Source: Candidatus Parcubacteria bacterium
GTDB taxonomy: Bacteria; Patescibacteriota; Minisyncoccia; Sungbacterales; SURF-37
Length of the DNA: 64,000 nucleotides
Assembly: GCA_003599755.1 (NCBI GenBank)
Contig: QZJO01000009.1
Span: 86,140 to 150,139 of the forward strand
Direction: 5' to 3'
Each line of letters begins with the position of its first letter. Positions within the stretch are counted from its first letter, which is position 1. Positions 26,915 to 35,634 of this stretch are shown in pieces. The position numbers were made by a program, and so were the translations under genes. Under the pieces are notes generated by a model. It was given only the letters and a program-made list of their open reading frames with translations, was not told the origin of the DNA and searched no databases.

Positions 26915-29659
26915 CTATTTCACCGCCATCAGCCGCTGATGCTCCTCGGTACTCAGATCTCCGCATTTTTTATATTTCTTCCCGCTGCCGCACGGACAAA
27001 GATCATTGCGGCCCACGGGCGCTTTTTTCGGCACCGACGCATGGGCAACCGCGCGCCTTGCCCGTCCGGCCCGCGTTTTCGGAACGGCAACGGCCGCGGG
27101 TGCTTGCTCTGCGTCTTTGGCCGAATGAAACTCCAAATGCGCCGGCTGATCGGCCGCCGCAAGACGAATCACGCCCGGCGCCTGGCGGGACTGCAGCGCC
27201 TTGAACAACGTTGCCGCGATCTGCGCGCGGATGCTTGCCTGCAGCTCGCGGAACAATCGCACGCCCTCGTGCTTGTATTCCACGAGCGGATCGCGCTGGC
27301 CATAGGCCCGCAGCCGCACCGAGTCGCGCAGATGCTCCATTTGGTCCAAGTGATCCATCCAAAGCATGTCGATGGACTGGAGCGTCACGATCTTCGCGAT
27401 CTGGCGCGCCTCGGCCTGGCCGAGGCGTTTTTCTTCGGTCTCGAACAGCAAACGAAACGTCTCGGCTAGAAAGCGGATCATCTCCGCGCGGCGGTCAGTG
27501 GCCGGCAAATTTTGTCCGGCAATACGGGTAAGCTCTTCGGCGATCGTGTCGGCGGTCGCACCCATAGCACGAACGCTTTCGACGATCTCGGTGATATTCC
27601 AGGATGCCGCATCGTCATCAGCCGCGTGAAAAGAAACCAGCCGCTCGATTTCTTCATGCACCATCTCAAAAAGATCCGCCACGAGCTTGCCGGACGAGTC
27701 CGCGGCGGCTTCGAGCACGCCGCGGCGCAAGCGATACGCGTACTCGCGCTGCTTCGTCATCACGTCGTCGAATTCGAGGATGTGCTTGCGCGCGTCGAAA
27801 TGGAATCCTTCGATCTTGGCTTGCGCGGATTCGATCGACTTGGAGACCAGACGATGTTCGATGGGCTGATCTTCAGGAATGCCGAGCGTCTCCATGAGCG
27901 ATTTGATGCGATCCGAACCGAAGATGCGCATAAGGTCGTCTTCCAAAGAAAGGAAGAACTGGGACGAACCCGGATCGCCCTGGCGCCCCGCGCGCCCCCG
28001 GAGCTGGTTGTCGATGCGCCGCGCCTCGTGCCGCTCGGTGCCGATAACATGCAATCCTCCCGCCGCGCGGACTTCGTCCGCTTCGCGGGACTCGGGCGGA
28101 TTGCCGCCGAGAATGATATCCACCCCGCGACCCGCCATGTTCGTCGCGATGGTAACCGCGCCCCTGCGGCCGGCCTGCGCGATGATCAACGCCTCTTGCT
28201 CGTGATTCTTGGCGTTGAGCACCTGGTGCGCAATTCCCTCGCGCCGCAAGTACTCGGCGAGCCGCTCGTTTTTTGCGATGGATACGGTGCCAATCAACAC
28301 GGGCTGGCCGCGCTCGTGACGCGCTTTGACTTCGCGGGCGATTGCCGAGAATTTGCCGTGCTCGGTCTTGAAAATGAGATCAGCCCGATCTTCGCGGACC
28401 ATCGGCCGATTCGTCGGAATCGGCATCACTTCCATTCTGTAGACCTTATGGAACTCCTCGGCCGAGGTCATGGCGGTGCCGGTCATGCCGCCGAGCTTCC
28501 GATAAAGCCGGAAATAGTTCTGGAACGTGATCGTCGCGAGCGTGCGCGATTCCTGCTGCACGCGCACGCCTTCCTTGGCTTCGATGGCCTGATGCAGGCC
28601 GTCGGACCAGCGCCGGCCGGGCATGAGACGGCCGGTGAATTCATCCACAATGATCACCTCGCCCTCTTTGACGACGTAATCGCGATCGCGCTTAAACAGG
28701 GCTTGGGCCCGTAGCGCCTGCTCGAGGTAGCGAACGTAGCGGAATCCTTTTTCTTCGTAAATGTTCGCGACACCAAGGAGCTTTTCGATCTTGTCGATAC
28801 CGGCCTCGGTGATGGTCACGGCCTTGAACTTCTCGTCCACGTTATAGTCCTCGCTCTCGACCAGCGCAGGGGTCAGGCGAGCGAACGTATGGTAGGAGTC
28901 GGCAGCTTCGATATCGGGCGCGGATATGATCAGCGGCGTGCGCGCCTCGTCGATGAGGATCGAGTCCACTTCGTCCACGATCGCGTAATAGTGCGCGCGC
29001 TGCACGACCCGATCCAAGTCCGGCGCCATATTGTCGCGTAAATAATCAAACCCGAATTCGTTGTTCGTGCCATAGGTGATGTCGGCGGCATACGCGTCGC
29101 GCCGGCTGACCGGCCGAAAATGGTCCAGGCGGTCATCGCCGTGTGACGGCGCCTCGGTGAACGACGCGTCATAGATGCCGGAAAAATCGTGCGCGATCAC
29201 GCCCGTCGTCATGCCCAGACGCGCGTACACCGGCCCCATCCACCCCGCGCCGACCCGGGAAAGATAGTCGTTGGGCGTCACCAGGTGCGCGCCGTTGCCG
29301 GCCAACGCGTTCAGATAGAGCGGTAACGTGGCGACCAAAGTCTTCCCTTCTCCGGTACGCATCTCTGCGATCGCGCCCCGGTGCAGCGCAATGCCGCCCA
29401 AAAGCTGCACGTCGAAATGCCGCTGGCCGATGGCGCGGCGCGCCGCTTCGCGCACCGCGGCAAATGCTTCGGGAAGTAATTGGTCGAGCGTCTCGCCGTT
29501 CGCGAGCCGGCTGCGAAATTCCTCGGTTTTTTTCGAAAGATCGCCGTCGGAAAGATTCTGGAACGCGGGTTCCAGGGCATTGATGCGGTCCACGATCGGC
29601 TGAAATGAGCCGATCGCTCGGCTATTGGGGTCGCCGAACAGTTTTGAGAAAAATCCCAT
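26915..29659 (-). CDS. secA: Preprotein translocase ATPase SecA.
   Basis: Start taken at MGFFSKLFGDPN (the track ORF extends 31 codons further upstream). DEAD-like motor motifs and C-terminal zinc finger CPCGSGKKYKKC. Confidence 0.9.
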   Translation of the reverse strand: MGFFSKLFGDPNSRAIGSFQPIVDRINALEPAFQNLSDGDLSKKTEEFRSRLANGETLDQLLPEAFAAVREAARRAIGQRHFDVQLLGGIALHRGAIAEMRTGEGKTLVATLPLYLNALAGNGAHLVTPNDYLSRVGAGWMGPVYARLGMTTGVIAHDFSGIYDASFTEAPSHGDDRLDHFRPVSRRDAYAADITYGTNNEFGFDYLRDNMAPDLDRVVQRAHYYAIVDEVDSILIDEARTPLIISAPDIEAADSYHTFARLTPALVESEDYNVDEKFKAVTITEAGIDKIEKLLGVANIYEEKGFRYVRYLEQALRAQALFKRDRDYVVKEGEVIIVDEFTGRLMPGRRWSDGLHQAIEAKEGVRVQQESRTLATITFQNYFRLYRKLGGMTGTAMTSAEEFHKVYRMEVMPIPTNRPMVREDRADLIFKTEHGKFSAIAREVKARHERGQPVLIGTVSIAKNERLAEYLRREGIAHQVLNAKNHEQEALIIAQAGRRGAVTIATNMAGRGVDIILGGNPPESREADEVRAAGGLHVIGTERHEARRIDNQLRGRAGRQGDPGSSQFFLSLEDDLMRIFGSDRIKSLMETLGIPEDQPIEHRLVSKSIESAQAKIEGFHFDARKHILEFDDVMTKQREYAYRLRRGVLEAAADSSGKLVADLFEMVHEEIERLVSFHAADDDAASWNITEIVESVRAMGATADTIAEELTRIAGQNLPATDRRAEMIRFLAETFRLLFETEEKRLGQAEARQIAKIVTLQSIDMLWMDHLDQMEHLRDSVRLRAYGQRDPLVEYKHEGVRLFRELQASIRAQIAATLFKALQSRQAPGVIRLAAADQPAHLEFHSAKDAEQAPAAVAVPKTRAGRARRAVAHASVPKKAPVGRNDLCPCGSGKKYKKCGDLSTEEHQRLMAVK

Positions 29660-29773
29660 TGATTCGCAAAAAGCCACGCCATTGTAGCGCAGCAAATCCG
29701 TATTGACAACGGCAAACGGGCGCGCGAGGGTAAGCACCAGCGAAGCGTTCATTCAACCCCGAAGGAGGATACG

Positions 29774-30733
29774 GTGGCGATCAACGACATCGGCCGGAAA
29801 CACAATGATATCGACTACAAGAAGGGAATCATCTGGGACCGCTGCGATGAGGGCCGCGAGACCGGCCACCGCTACATCGCCATCTACGCGCATGAGATGA
29901 GCCGGATGCAGGAGATCGTGCTCCTCCGGCTCGCCCGCTTCGGCGATTCCCTGTGGCTGCGCACGCTGGACGGCAAAGACCACCTCTGGCCCCAGTACGC
30001 CTGGGCCGACGAGCACCACTTCCACCAGCTCCAGGCGCTGCTGCCCTGCCTCCAGCACCGGCGGCCCAAGCGCGTCCTCATTCTCGGCGGTGGGGACTTT
30101 CTCGCCGCGTGGCGCGCGACCATGGTCAAGTCCGTCGAACACGCGAAGATCGCCGACTGGGATCCGCGCCTCAGTGAGCTTGTGCTCAAGCATCAGCCGT
30201 GGGTCGAAGCGACCGGCACGCACAAGCGCGTGGAATGGGGCGAGCCGGTCGACGTGCGGAAATTCCTGCCCCGCAACCAGGACGAGCAATGGGACGTGAT
30301 CATCGGCGACCTCACGGACCTGACGGCAATGAACACGCTCGTGCCTGACTTCGCCGAGCATGTCTTTCGCATCCTGAAGCCCGGCGGCGTATTCTCCACG
30401 CAGGCCGGATCCCTGTCGGTTGCGCCGGGATCCACCCACGGCCTCCGCGACGGCATCGCAGCGCTCAAGAAAGCGTTCCGCGTGGGTACGAAAAACGGTG
30501 GCCGCGTGGAGGTGCTCTGGTGGCCAATCGAGTCGTTCAGCTACCCCCAGGCCTTTGTGCAGGCCTGGAAGGAGCAGCGGATGCTGCCCGCATGTCCGAC
30601 TGCCCAGACGATCTGGCGCCGCTGCAGCGTCACCGAGCTCAAGAGCGACCGTCCGTTTCTGAACGCCGAGATCGCAGCCCGCGCCTTTGCCGTTCCGCTG
30701 GAGTTTCAGCGGTGGCTCGGCCTCGCCTCCTAA
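29774..30733 (+). CDS. speE: Spermidine synthase-like aminopropyltransferase.
   Basis: VLILGGGD ... VIIGDLTD match the SpeE AdoMet-decarboxylated binding motifs. Confidence 0.75.
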   Translation: MAINDIGRKHNDIDYKKGIIWDRCDEGRETGHRYIAIYAHEMSRMQEIVLLRLARFGDSLWLRTLDGKDHLWPQYAWADEHHFHQLQALLPCLQHRRPKRVLILGGGDFLAAWRATMVKSVEHAKIADWDPRLSELVLKHQPWVEATGTHKRVEWGEPVDVRKFLPRNQDEQWDVIIGDLTDLTAMNTLVPDFAEHVFRILKPGGVFSTQAGSLSVAPGSTHGLRDGIAALKKAFRVGTKNGGRVEVLWWPIESFSYPQAFVQAWKEQRMLPACPTAQTIWRRCSVTELKSDRPFLNAEIAARAFAVPLEFQRWLGLAS

Positions 30734-30745
30734 AATAGCCGATGC

Positions 30746-30783
30746 GCGCCGCTCCCGAGCCCGGGAGCGGCGCTGTTGTTTTT
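30746..30783 (+). terminator. Rho-independent terminator of speE.
   Basis: GCGCCGCTCCCG-AGC-CGGGAGCGGCGC followed by TGTTGTTTTT. Confidence 0.8.
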
Positions 30784-30788
30784 AATTA

Positions 30789-30824
30789 AGAAAACGCCGC
30801 GAGAGGAAACTCACTCTCGCGGCG
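30789..30824 (-). terminator. Rho-independent terminator of the convergent speH gene.
   Basis: Minus strand reads CGCCGCGAGAG-TGAGTTTCC-TCTCGCGGCG followed by TTTTCTTAATT. Confidence 0.75.
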
Positions 30825-30878
30825 CTGGATCGGCCTCGCCGATCTTGAGTCAACCACCGTGGCGACGATCCGTGCTCG

Positions 30879-31340
30879 CTACGACGGCGTGGCAGCGGTT
30901 TGACCCCGCTGAAGCGTGGGCGATGGGGCCACCGGATTCGCCGGCACCGGCGAAGGATCAGCCGGCGGCTGCTTGTGGGGCCGTGGAGGTCCCATGAACA
31001 TGCCGCGCCGCAGTTCGACGACAGACGTGCGTTCGGCGCCGAACTGCTCGATAAGGAAGTTTGCTGCGATCTCCGGCTGCAGCACGTCGCCGCAAGAGAA
31101 GACATCCACCGCGGCGTAGCAGTACTCGGGCCATGTATGGATCGCCAGATGCGACTCGGCGATTACCACTACCCCGCTGATGCCGAAGGGGTTGAACTCG
31201 TGGAACACGACATCCACGATGGTGGCCTGTGCGCGCTTGGCCGCTTCGACGAGGGCACCTTTCACGCCCTCGAGGTCCGTGATCGCCCCGCGATCGCAGT
31301 CGAACAGTTCCAGCAACAGGTGCCGTCCCAGTGCGTTCAC
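30879..31340 (-). CDS. speH: Pyruvoyl-dependent S-adenosylmethionine decarboxylase proenzyme (SpeH-type, class 1B).
   Basis: VVVIAESHLAIHTWPE: ES|H processing site (Ser to pyruvoyl) and HTWPE motif. Confidence 0.75.
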   Translation of the reverse strand: MNALGRHLLLELFDCDRGAITDLEGVKGALVEAAKRAQATIVDVVFHEFNPFGISGVVVIAESHLAIHTWPEYCYAAVDVFSCGDVLQPEIAANFLIEQFGAERTSVVELRRGMFMGPPRPHKQPPADPSPVPANPVAPSPTLQRGQTAATPS

Positions 31341-31409
31341 CCTTCACACCTCCCTTCGGCACCGCGTGGCGCCGTTACGAAAGAGCTTGCCGCGCCCCCG
31401 CGGCTCAGG

Positions 31410-31841
31410 TCACGCGATATTCGCGTGCGGGTATTCGGTCCCTCGGACCACGATATTGGTTTCAACCTTCCGGATGCCGAATACCTTCCGGAAGTAGCTG
31501 ATCACGGGTGTGGTGTTGAAATTCCGGCAGGAATAGACATCGATGCTGACGAACCGCCGGCGCGGAAACGTATGTACGCTGATGTGCGATTCTTGGATCA
31601 TCACGAATCCCGAGAATCCCCCGGGATCTTTCTTATCGTTCCCGGCCGCCTCGACGACGTAGGGCGGGCAGAGCGGATGCATGCGCATGCGCAACGGCAA
31701 TTCGGCCAGCGAACGCGCCACCAGCGCAAAGTCATTAAGTTTCTTGAAATCACAAAAATAGCCATCCAGGGTCAGATGGAGTCCGAAATTCTTCGTGGTT
31801 TTCCGATTGTCTGCCCGACGCTTCAGGCCGTTTCGTTTCAA
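31410..31841 (-). CDS. Second AdoMetDC-family pyruvoyl enzyme paralog. It could be a diverged AdoMetDC or an arginine decarboxylase derived from it.
   Basis: FVMIQESHISVHTFPRRRFVSIDVYSC keeps the ESH/HT.P motifs, but overall identity to the neighbouring copy is low. Confidence 0.65.
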   Translation of the reverse strand: MKRNGLKRRADNRKTTKNFGLHLTLDGYFCDFKKLNDFALVARSLAELPLRMRMHPLCPPYVVEAAGNDKKDPGGFSGFVMIQESHISVHTFPRRRFVSIDVYSCRNFNTTPVISYFRKVFGIRKVETNIVVRGTEYPHANIA

Positions 31842-31860
31842 CTGAGAATGAACGCGCTCG

Positions 31861-32277
31861 TCAGATACTCTCGTCCCGTATCCGTCCTTCTCGGTAGAGG
31901 CGCGCCGCGCGAGAAAGATGGAGATCCTTCTTCGCGCGCCGCGCTCCGCGGAGCAACCGCGATCGTGAGCGCTCTTTCACCTTGGTAATATCCCGCTTCA
32001 AGATATCCGCGAGCCCATCGATCGCCGCATGGATATCTTCGGCGTCAGCCCGCTGCCAAAGTTGTTTCTGCGGCAACTTGCAGTTCGCGGCCGCGGACCA
32101 CACGATTCCCTTGCGATGATGGCGCGTGTCGCGTATCAACTCGAGTTCGAGTACGGCAGCGGCATACGCCGGATCGCGGCCGAGAAGTTTGGCCACCGGT
32201 TCGACGATCTTTTCGCCGACGTAGCGGCGAATACTCGGCGTCACGGTAAGGCCTACACCCTTTACCACGAGCTTCAT
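31861..32277 (-). CDS. hpf: Ribosome hibernation-promoting factor / RaiA family (S30AE).
   Basis: MKLVVKGVGLTVTPSIRRYVGEKIVEPVAKLL matches the HPF N-terminus (MKL.I.G.N.E.T.AI..YVE.K). Start taken at the internal Met (track ORF begins 9 codons earlier). Confidence 0.75.
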   Translation of the reverse strand: MKLVVKGVGLTVTPSIRRYVGEKIVEPVAKLLGRDPAYAAAVLELELIRDTRHHRKGIVWSAAANCKLPQKQLWQRADAEDIHAAIDGLADILKRDITKVKERSRSRLLRGARRAKKDLHLSRAARLYREGRIRDESI

Positions 32278-32313
32278 CGCCTGATTATAGGAATTTTTGT
32301 GCAACCCACAAGT

Positions 32314-32323
32314 GTGGATAACT
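32314..32323 (+). promoter_or_regulatory. DnaA-box-like site TGTGGATAAC, 10-37 nt upstream of the hpf start.
   Basis: Exact copy of the recurring 10-mer. Confidence 0.4.
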
Positions 32324-32414
32324 CAATTTGACCGTATAGAGCCGGATCGGCGGCCGTCCAAATATCCGTACGTCGCACGCGTCCGTACTCGACGAGGCGG
32401 CGCGCGGCAAACAT

Positions 32415-32439
32415 AAACGCCCCTCATCGAGGGGCGTTT
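32415..32439 (-). terminator. Palindromic hairpin AAACGCCCCTCATCGAGGGGCGTTT with a weak T-rich flank on the minus strand. Probable terminator between the tiny basic ORF and hpf.
   Basis: Perfect 11-bp stem (AAACGCCCCTC / GAGGGGCGTTT). Core motif CCCCTC-ATCGA-GGGG resembles the rRNA terminator at 6993. Confidence 0.5.
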
Positions 32440-32460
32440 ATGCGTAATGGCGAATCGCGG

Positions 32461-32523
32461 TTAGCGGCGGCGCTTCTTCCCGCCTTTCTTCGCCTTCTTC
32501 GCTGCTTTGCGGCGTCGTGCCAT
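32461..32523 (-). CDS. Speculative 20-aa highly basic peptide MARRRKAAKKAKKGGKKRRR.
   Basis: ATG...TAA ORF followed by a terminator hairpin. No obvious SD. Below the ORF-track length cutoff. Confidence 0.15.
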   Translation of the reverse strand: MARRRKAAKKAKKGGKKRRR

Positions 32524-32685
32524 AGGTCAAAACGAGTTAACCGAACGATCGCGAATCCGCGAACCGTTCATTGATGCGGGTACCGACCGTGTACTCGCGT
32601 GATGCGCGCCCGCACTGCGGACGGCGCGAGCGAACCAATGTTCACTCACTCCATAAATTGTAGTACATGACAAGTCGTTGACAAC

Positions 32686-32695
32686 TGTGGATAAC
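32686..32695 (+). promoter_or_regulatory. DnaA-box-like site TGTGGATAAC, preceded by TTGACA (32678..32683).
   Basis: Exact copy of the recurring 10-mer in a locally AT-rich intergenic stretch. Confidence 0.4.
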
Positions 32696-32784
32696 TTTTA
32701 TTTCATCTGCAGGCCGTGCAGGCGGCCGAGCGAATGAAACCCGCCTAAATTTTTGAAAAACGTTAGGCGGGTGGAAATCCTATA

Positions 32785-33774
32785 TCACCCCCGTTTCGCC
32801 AGCGGCTCGCGCTCGGTGGCAGAATCTTCAAATCCGATATATCGAATTTCTTCTTCCAAGAAAATGCCGAACATGCGATGCACGCGCTCCTTTGCAAGCG
32901 CGATGAGCATGACGACGTCTTCGGCGCGCGCATTCCCGACATTGATAATAAAGTTGCCGTGGCGCTCTGAAATTTTTGCGCCGCCAATTTGGTATCCTTT
33001 GAGCCCCGCGCGATCGATCAAGAGCCCTGCTGCAATGCCGGGAACGGTTCCGGAGCGTCCTACATCCGGAAATTGCCGCAGCACGGCATCCTTGTCGATA
33101 TCGCGGCGCGTCCATGGAATATTTTTGAATGCACAGCCGGCCGTCTGCGCGCCGATATCTTGGCCCGCATGGCGCTTGAACGTGTAGGCGCGCACAAGCT
33201 CTTGGCCCCGAGCGGCATCACCCGGCTGCAACGCCAGGCGCGCCGCAAGCACGACCAGCTGCGGCGCGCGCTTGAACATACTGTCCCGGTATCCGAATGC
33301 GCATGCCGCGGCCGGCACATCGCGCGCCGCGCGGGCTTCGGTGTCGTATGCGAGAATCGATACCACGACATCTTTCATCTCGGAGCCGAAGCAGCCGGCA
33401 TTCCCCACGACCGATCCGCCGATGGTTCCGGGCACGCCGATCGCCCATTCAAACCCGCGGAGGCCATGCACCAACGTATCGGCGACGACGCGCGCCATCG
33501 AAACACCGGCATCGGCCTCGACAACGCCATTCTCGTGGCGAACGCCGCCGCCGACCGGATGGATGACCAGACCCGGAAATCCGGCATCGGAGACCAAAAC
33601 ATTCGATCCCGCGCCGAGAACCATCCACGGCACGCCGTGATCCTCAGCAAAGGAAAAAGCCGCGATCCATTGGTCGCGGGAATCAACGTCGGCGTAGAAC
33701 CGGGCCGGACCGCCGATGCGAAACACCGTATGCTTCGCCAGCGGCTCGTGCTCCTTGATATGCAAATCAGACAT
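32785..33774 (-). CDS. murB: UDP-N-acetylenolpyruvoylglucosamine reductase.
   Basis: TVFRIGGPARFYADV...FAD-binding N-terminus and C-terminal MurB domain (GGAKISERHGNFIINVGNARAEDV). Start taken at MSDLHIKEHEP. Confidence 0.9.
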   Translation of the reverse strand: MSDLHIKEHEPLAKHTVFRIGGPARFYADVDSRDQWIAAFSFAEDHGVPWMVLGAGSNVLVSDAGFPGLVIHPVGGGVRHENGVVEADAGVSMARVVADTLVHGLRGFEWAIGVPGTIGGSVVGNAGCFGSEMKDVVVSILAYDTEARAARDVPAAACAFGYRDSMFKRAPQLVVLAARLALQPGDAARGQELVRAYTFKRHAGQDIGAQTAGCAFKNIPWTRRDIDKDAVLRQFPDVGRSGTVPGIAAGLLIDRAGLKGYQIGGAKISERHGNFIINVGNARAEDVVMLIALAKERVHRMFGIFLEEEIRYIGFEDSATEREPLAKRG

Positions 33775-34239
33775 GTGCATGCAAAAACGGAGGCCTTGCA
33801 CGTTTCCTCACAAGGGCTATGCAGGGGTAGACTCTCCGCCTGCTCCGCGCGGCGTATTCGGCGGATTGCTGTTTGCCTGCCCAGCACTTAGGCGAAGCCC
33901 ATAGTGCTGGGCATTTGCTTGCCCTCCCACCATTCCGCGTTCACGAGGGCTGCAGAGGGTGAACTCCAATTCTATTTGTCATTTGTGAGTGCCAGCTCTG
34001 CAACCCACCTCAAGGCGGAATGGCGGGAGGTTGAAAGTGCCTGTCCCTATGACCCATGCGGCAAGCGTGTCCATCATACGACGCAAGATCCGTCCTCGTC
34101 TTCCTACCCTATACCCGGCAGTACAACCCTTTATAAACCCTCTGTAAACTATTTTCCAATGTTTCCATACGAATAACCTTTACAGCGCGCCGCATTGTAC
34201 TGCCGGGTATACTCCCGAAAGGGGCCAGGGAACGCCCGA

Positions 34240-34283
34240 GCCGAAATACAAACGTATAAAGCCCCGGAGAACCGGGGCTTTAT
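34240..34283 (-). terminator. Rho-independent terminator of the peptidoglycan-binding protein gene.
   Basis: Minus strand reads AAAGCCCCGG-TTCT-CCGGGGCTTT followed by ATACGTTTGTATTTC. Confidence 0.7.
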
Positions 34284-34389
34284 ACCGACAAATAGATGGA
34301 TCTTCCGGCGAACCGGAAGGTACACTCACATACTTATCCGTAGCAGACCGCTATGCCGCTGTCAAGGCCTCTCCTTCCACAAGCACCGG

Positions 34390-35571
34390 TCATTGGCCCT
34401 GGAGAAGCTTAATCTGATCCTGCAGTGCCTGGATTTGCGCTTGCAATTGTTGAACCATCGCAGGATCCGGCGTGCTGGACGGCGTCTCAGAGCTTGCTGC
34501 CGGAGTCGGCGTCGGCGCCGCGGATCCCATGAGCTCGTTCAGCTTGGCGCGGGTCTTCGGACCCACGATGCCGTAGCCGGGATCATCCGGTCCGGCGATG
34601 CCATGCCGTTCTTGGAAACGCTGAATCGCGCGCGTCGTTAGCGAACCGAAGTAACCGGTGACTAACCCCTCCGGATAGAGTTCCGTGTCTTGAGCGAGAA
34701 ACTGCTGTAATGCGGTTACCGCATCGCTTTGGCTGCCCTGAGCGAGCATTGCCGTGAACACGAATCCTGTGGATGCCGCCGCAGGCGGTGTCGCCGGAGT
34801 CGGGGTCGGCGCAGGAGCCGGAACGGTGGCGCCGCCAAATACCTCGATCAGTTTGGCGCGGGTCTGCGGACCAACACGACCGACTTGCGGCAGGCCTTGG
34901 CTGGCTTGGAACCGCCGCACTGCCGCCGCGGTCGCGGGACCGAAGTAACCGGTCACGAGGCCCTCGGGATAAAGCGCGGAATCCGTCGCGAGTAAGGCCT
35001 GGAGTTGCGCGACATCGTTGCCGTCATCGCCCGGATCCAAATCACGGGAGAAGATATCGAGAAGATTCGGGACCGACGCAGGCGCAGGTGCCGGGGTCGG
35101 CGCCGGAGTAGGCGTTGGCGCAGGTGCCGGAACCGGTGCGGGCGAGCCGCCTCCGCCGCCGCCCCCTCCTCCACCACCACCGCCACCACTGATGATGCCT
35201 CCGCCTCCGCCGCCACCCGAACTTGATGAGGTGCACTCAGTAGCCGTAGGCGTCAGCGTGAACGTTACTGAAGGCGAAATATTGCGCTCGAAGCGGACAG
35301 ACCAGGTTTCCCCGCAGGTTTCCGTCGCGGTCGGGGCATCCGAGTATGTAAGTTTGGTCGTATCCGGCGACGTGACCGTCAAGGTCTCGCCCTCACCCAT
35401 GGTTACCTGGATATTCTGGTCGGACACCGTAATAGAATTCACGTTCCCGCCGACCGTATAATTCTTGCCGCCGACCGGCGCGGTAATACCGATGTCCACC
35501 ACCGCAGCGGCGGCAATCGCTGGTGCCAAAACCAGTCCTGCGGCAATGCCGATAAGAAGATATCGCTTCAT
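34390..35571 (-). CDS. Secreted protein with two peptidoglycan-binding (PG_binding_1-like) repeats and a poly-Gly/Pro-Ala linker.
   Basis: Signal peptide MKRYLLIGIAAGLVLAPAIAAAA. Repeats ...DVAQLQALLATDSALYPEGLVTGYFGPATAAAVRRFQASQGL... and ...AVTALQQFLAQDTELYPEGLVTGYFGSLTTRAIQRFQERHGI... Gly run of >20 residues. Confidence 0.7.
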   Translation of the reverse strand: MKRYLLIGIAAGLVLAPAIAAAAVVDIGITAPVGGKNYTVGGNVNSITVSDQNIQVTMGEGETLTVTSPDTTKLTYSDAPTATETCGETWSVRFERNISPSVTFTLTPTATECTSSSSGGGGGGGIISGGGGGGGGGGGGGGSPAPVPAPAPTPTPAPTPAPAPASVPNLLDIFSRDLDPGDDGNDVAQLQALLATDSALYPEGLVTGYFGPATAAAVRRFQASQGLPQVGRVGPQTRAKLIEVFGGATVPAPAPTPTPATPPAAASTGFVFTAMLAQGSQSDAVTALQQFLAQDTELYPEGLVTGYFGSLTTRAIQRFQERHGIAGPDDPGYGIVGPKTRAKLNELMGSAAPTPTPAASSETPSSTPDPAMVQQLQAQIQALQDQIKLLQGQ

Positions 35572-35634
35572 ACTATGCGCGGATGCCGGACACGAGAGAT
35601 GCCGGCCGGCAACCGCAAAAGGAATTACCGCAGA

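Noticed and set aside
27512-28714. 400-aa plus-strand ORF inside secA.
   Set aside because: Antisense to an unambiguous SecA. Spurious.
26915-29752. 31-codon N-terminal extension of secA in the ORF track.
   Set aside because: SecA proteins begin with the conserved M-x-x-x-L-x-K-x-FG-x-x-N motif (here MGFFSKLFGDPN). The extension is probably upstream in-frame read-through.
32300-32790. Chromosomal replication origin (oriC), suggested by two perfect DnaA boxes plus AT-rich DNA.
   Set aside because: Only two boxes ~370 bp apart and no further degenerate boxes found nearby. No dnaA, dnaN, rpmH or gyrB in the vicinity. The other two copies of the motif are kilobases away.
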